From: Eledone cirrhosa
Lineage: Eukaryota
Reading direction: 5' to 3'
Length of the DNA: 64,000 nucleotides
NCBI GenBank assembly: GCA_964016885.1
Contig: OZ024742.1
Span: 332,134,001 to 332,198,000, forward strand
Below, in pieces: positions 61,996 to 64,000 of this stretch. How positions within the stretch are numbered: the first letter of the stretch is position 1; the number at the start of each line of letters is the position of its first letter. Position numbers and translations under genes: made by a program. The notes under the pieces were generated by a model. It saw only the letters and a program-made list of their open reading frames with translations. It searched no databases and had not been told where the DNA came from.

Positions 61996-63219
61996 ATAAT
62001 AATAAATGTGAAGACTAAAATCCAAAGAGGGCTCGATAAGGATAAATATATATCAAATATATATATGTATGTAGAGAAACGATTCCGTTCAGTTTCATTG
62101 CGCTCTTATATGAATTGATATGTGCAAAAGCGGTATTTAGTTATAACTTCGAAATACTTTTTTCATATATTTTCAAAATATGTTAGGAAGGAGAAAATCA
62201 ACTGGTATCTATTGTGTTGTTGACTATTATACATTTTGTGTTAGAGTTTATTTTGGAATTTATTGTGTTATATATACTTATGTTCATGTGATGATGTTTT
62301 TGTGGAGAGGTCTACAGCAGTTCTTCATAAACTTTCTGATAACAATAACTCCTTTTGTGTCAATGAATTTTCGCACGGACTTCCCACCGACAATACAATG
62401 ATTTCTTCCTCAGATTTTTATACGACAGTGAGAATAAAAATTAAAAGAGAGAAAAGTTTATAACTAGAGAAGAATGGATACCCAATAGCGTACGTATGTA
62501 TACAATGTTAAGCATGAGGGTGGGCTGACATTTTCATAAGCTCACTATGAAGAAGTGATGCTAGAGCTGTGAAATCTTACAAAGCTATAATTTAAACTCT
62601 TCTTATTAATAACTACGTTTTTCTTTTCCGTGGACTATGTTGAAAAATAAACCTTATTTAGTAATTCATTGAGAGTGTCAAGGTCAGCCTATGAAAACTT
62701 TAGTTGAATCTCGTGAGTGTTTGAAATTCTCGAATTGCTACTTTGCTACTTTGGCGGACACCAGGTTGAAAACGGCTGGTTTATAGTGATTATTTCAAAG
62801 TCTTAAGGGACGTATTTTTGAGATAGTTCTGTGATATTTAGAATAGGTTGTGATGTCTGTATTGCAGAGTCATTTCTAATGCGGCCTATAGGCGACGTAA
62901 AAATATATGCCCTTGAGTTGGCAGACTTACATTGAACAAACTGACACTTCTTGTGTGGCCCATCAAATTAATCAAGTAGCAGATAATGTTGCATGTACAC
63001 CCACACATACACAAAAGACACTCACAGACACACACGAGCAAAATTTACCACCTCTCCCACAAAAATCCGTCGCGTTTACATACATTCAAACACGCAGAAA
63101 CACACGGACGTCTGTATGTGTGTACACATACGGGTGTTTATGTATCTATGTTTATACCAATATATACATATATATGTACACACACAACCACACTTACACA
63201 CACTCACACATGTGTATAT

Positions 63220-63250
<31 letters not shown>

Positions 63251-63419
63251 AATATATATATATAAATATATATATATACACACAATTGCGCGCACATACT
63301 TTCACATGTAAGGCGCGCAAACATAATCTGAAAAATAAGAACACGTGCATACATATGTGTTTACATATGCACGCTCCAAAGCGTTCTCTCACTCAGTACA
63401 CACAGGGATATATATAGAG

Positions 63420-63458
<39 letters not shown>

Positions 63459-63756
63459 GAAGTTATATTTAATTTGTTGGGATACAACAAGCAAATATTT
63501 GTATAACTGATATAAAGTACTCAACAAAGTTTTGTAGTAAAAATACAATATATTAACAAATGGAAACTATATTTATAAAACCATATTTATTTCATTATAC
63601 ATAATTCAAGGACACCAAAGCAAAGTATGGTGCGCTTTCATCAGATAAAATATAATATAGATCAGTTTTATAAACAAATATTGACATACCCTTAAAGAAT
63701 GCAACCATGTCGGTTGGAAGCTCCCGGATAGTATTTATATATATATACGTGTGTGT

Positions 63757-63840
<84 letters not shown>

Positions 63841-64000
63841 CGCTATGTGTGTGTAAATATATATATATAAGTGTGTCTTTACGCAAGGATAGAAGGAAGA
63901 GATTGTGTTTCCATGCTAGACTTACGTATACATATATAGATAGACCCTAATATATAGATAGGTTCTTGAACTGTATCGACATACAGAATAGAATGAAATA

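Overview
AT-rich, repeat-dominated animal genomic DNA. The SINE families and the (TA)n/(CA)n load suggest a cephalopod (Octopus-like) genome, which is an inference. No host gene can be identified with confidence; a few candidate spliced exons are noted. Nearly all ORFs in the track are microsatellite translations. The real coding remnants are retroelements: CR1-type LINEs (one with an uninterrupted ~610-codon RT region), RTE LINEs (one 5'-inverted), CRE-type endonuclease fragments, and two different Penelope-like elements (PLEs) fused back to back. The main unexplained structure is a set of about ten unrelated short non-coding families sitting in (TA)n tracts. Most carry minimal type-I hammerhead ribozyme (HHR) motifs, and most share one architecture: (TA)n, an inverted truncated arm, a forward arm, a 35-110 nt unpaired tail, then (TA)n. 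The set includes a 4 x 466 bp head-to-tail array with a canonical HHR and an octamer motif in every unit, 336- and 535-nt partial-tandem retrozyme-like monomers, and a tRNA-headed SINE inserted in the same palindrome-plus-tail form. All alignments and folds were done by eye.
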